DNA of 63,395 nt, filler included, from Reticulomyxa filosa (lineage: Eukaryota; Protista; Foraminifera): NCBI GenBank assembly GCA_000512085.1. It is 13 parts of 13 records of this genome, joined end to end, with 100 filler letters (N's around TTAATTAATTAA, not from the genome) between each part and the next. Parts side by side here need not be neighbours in the genome. Positions count along the whole stretch, not along the records: positions 61,229 to 63,395 come from ASPP01010599.1; 12 more parts are not named here. The stretch is one strand, 5' to 3'. Below the pieces are notes generated by a model, which did not search any database, had not been told where the DNA came from, and saw only the letters and a program-made list of their open reading frames with translations. Positions 62,955-63,395 of the stretch are shown here, one piece after another. Position numbers and translations under genes: made by a program. Each line of letters starts with the position of its first letter. Position 1 is the stretch's first letter.

Positions 62955-63395
62955 CTATTTTTAATGAATTAACTTTTTTAATGCATTTCTAAATGCGAAT
63001 TTTTTTTTGAACAAAATACAAATGCGAAAATTCTGTGCAAATAATCCATTCATCATTACCAATTAATTTTCAAGCTATTTTCGAAAAGCAATTTCACAAA
63101 CAACCAAAAGTTTTTGACAATGTTTGTAACCGAGCTTCCATTTGTTTTCGAACCTTTACAAAAAAAAAACAACAGACATAAAAAATTAACAACTAATTTG
63201 CCATTTCTGTAAATCGGTGATGCAATCCAACGTTGCCATTACGTCACCACACTTCACAGTCAATTAGCATCATACTGCAAAACACATCCAACACACACGC
63301 TTACTGTCGTATACCCCGTGCTAAAACTATTCAAACTCATCATGCAACGCTCTCCACAAATCATTGCTCCTGAAAACAGGTGCATATCGCACCAA

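Overview
AT-rich, intron-rich eukaryotic (protist) DNA. The window is not one locus: it is 13 contig pieces joined by 12 artificial 100-bp linkers (N44-TTAATTAATTAA-N44), so adjacency across a linker means nothing. Gene content and style (long A/T homopolymers, short introns, many decayed gene copies, kinesin-9, CDPK7-like kinase) suggest a rhizarian such as the foraminiferan Reticulomyxa; this is inference. Recognisable genes: NOM1/Sgd1, U1-C, phosphoesterase-family PLC, CAMK kinase, DNMT2, a PIWI/Argonaute C-terminus, an EF-hand/PH/kinase, a Ubl-RBR E3 with polyQ, a VWA protein, a vezatin-like protein, KIF6, UBC4/5, CLN3, a U2AF65-type UHM, a 7TM fragment, GT92, RPL8, LMBR1/LIMR, a G-beta-like WD40 and RRP41. 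There are also LINE, Tc1, gypsy and solo-LTR relics and several pseudogenes. The best candidate for a new system is a five-exon gene at 58386-59893, missed by the ORF track. It encodes a predicted N-acylated globin-fold domain fused to an RGS domain, a possible heme/gas/redox-responsive regulator of G-protein signalling, with Tyr at the proximal His position and a Cys-rich RGS insert; it needs two single-base corrections. Also notable: very degenerate splice signals (about half of inferred donors are GTT; many A-rich acceptors) and a tail-to-tail DNMT2/PIWI pair. All family calls come from manual translation and motif recognition; no searches were run.
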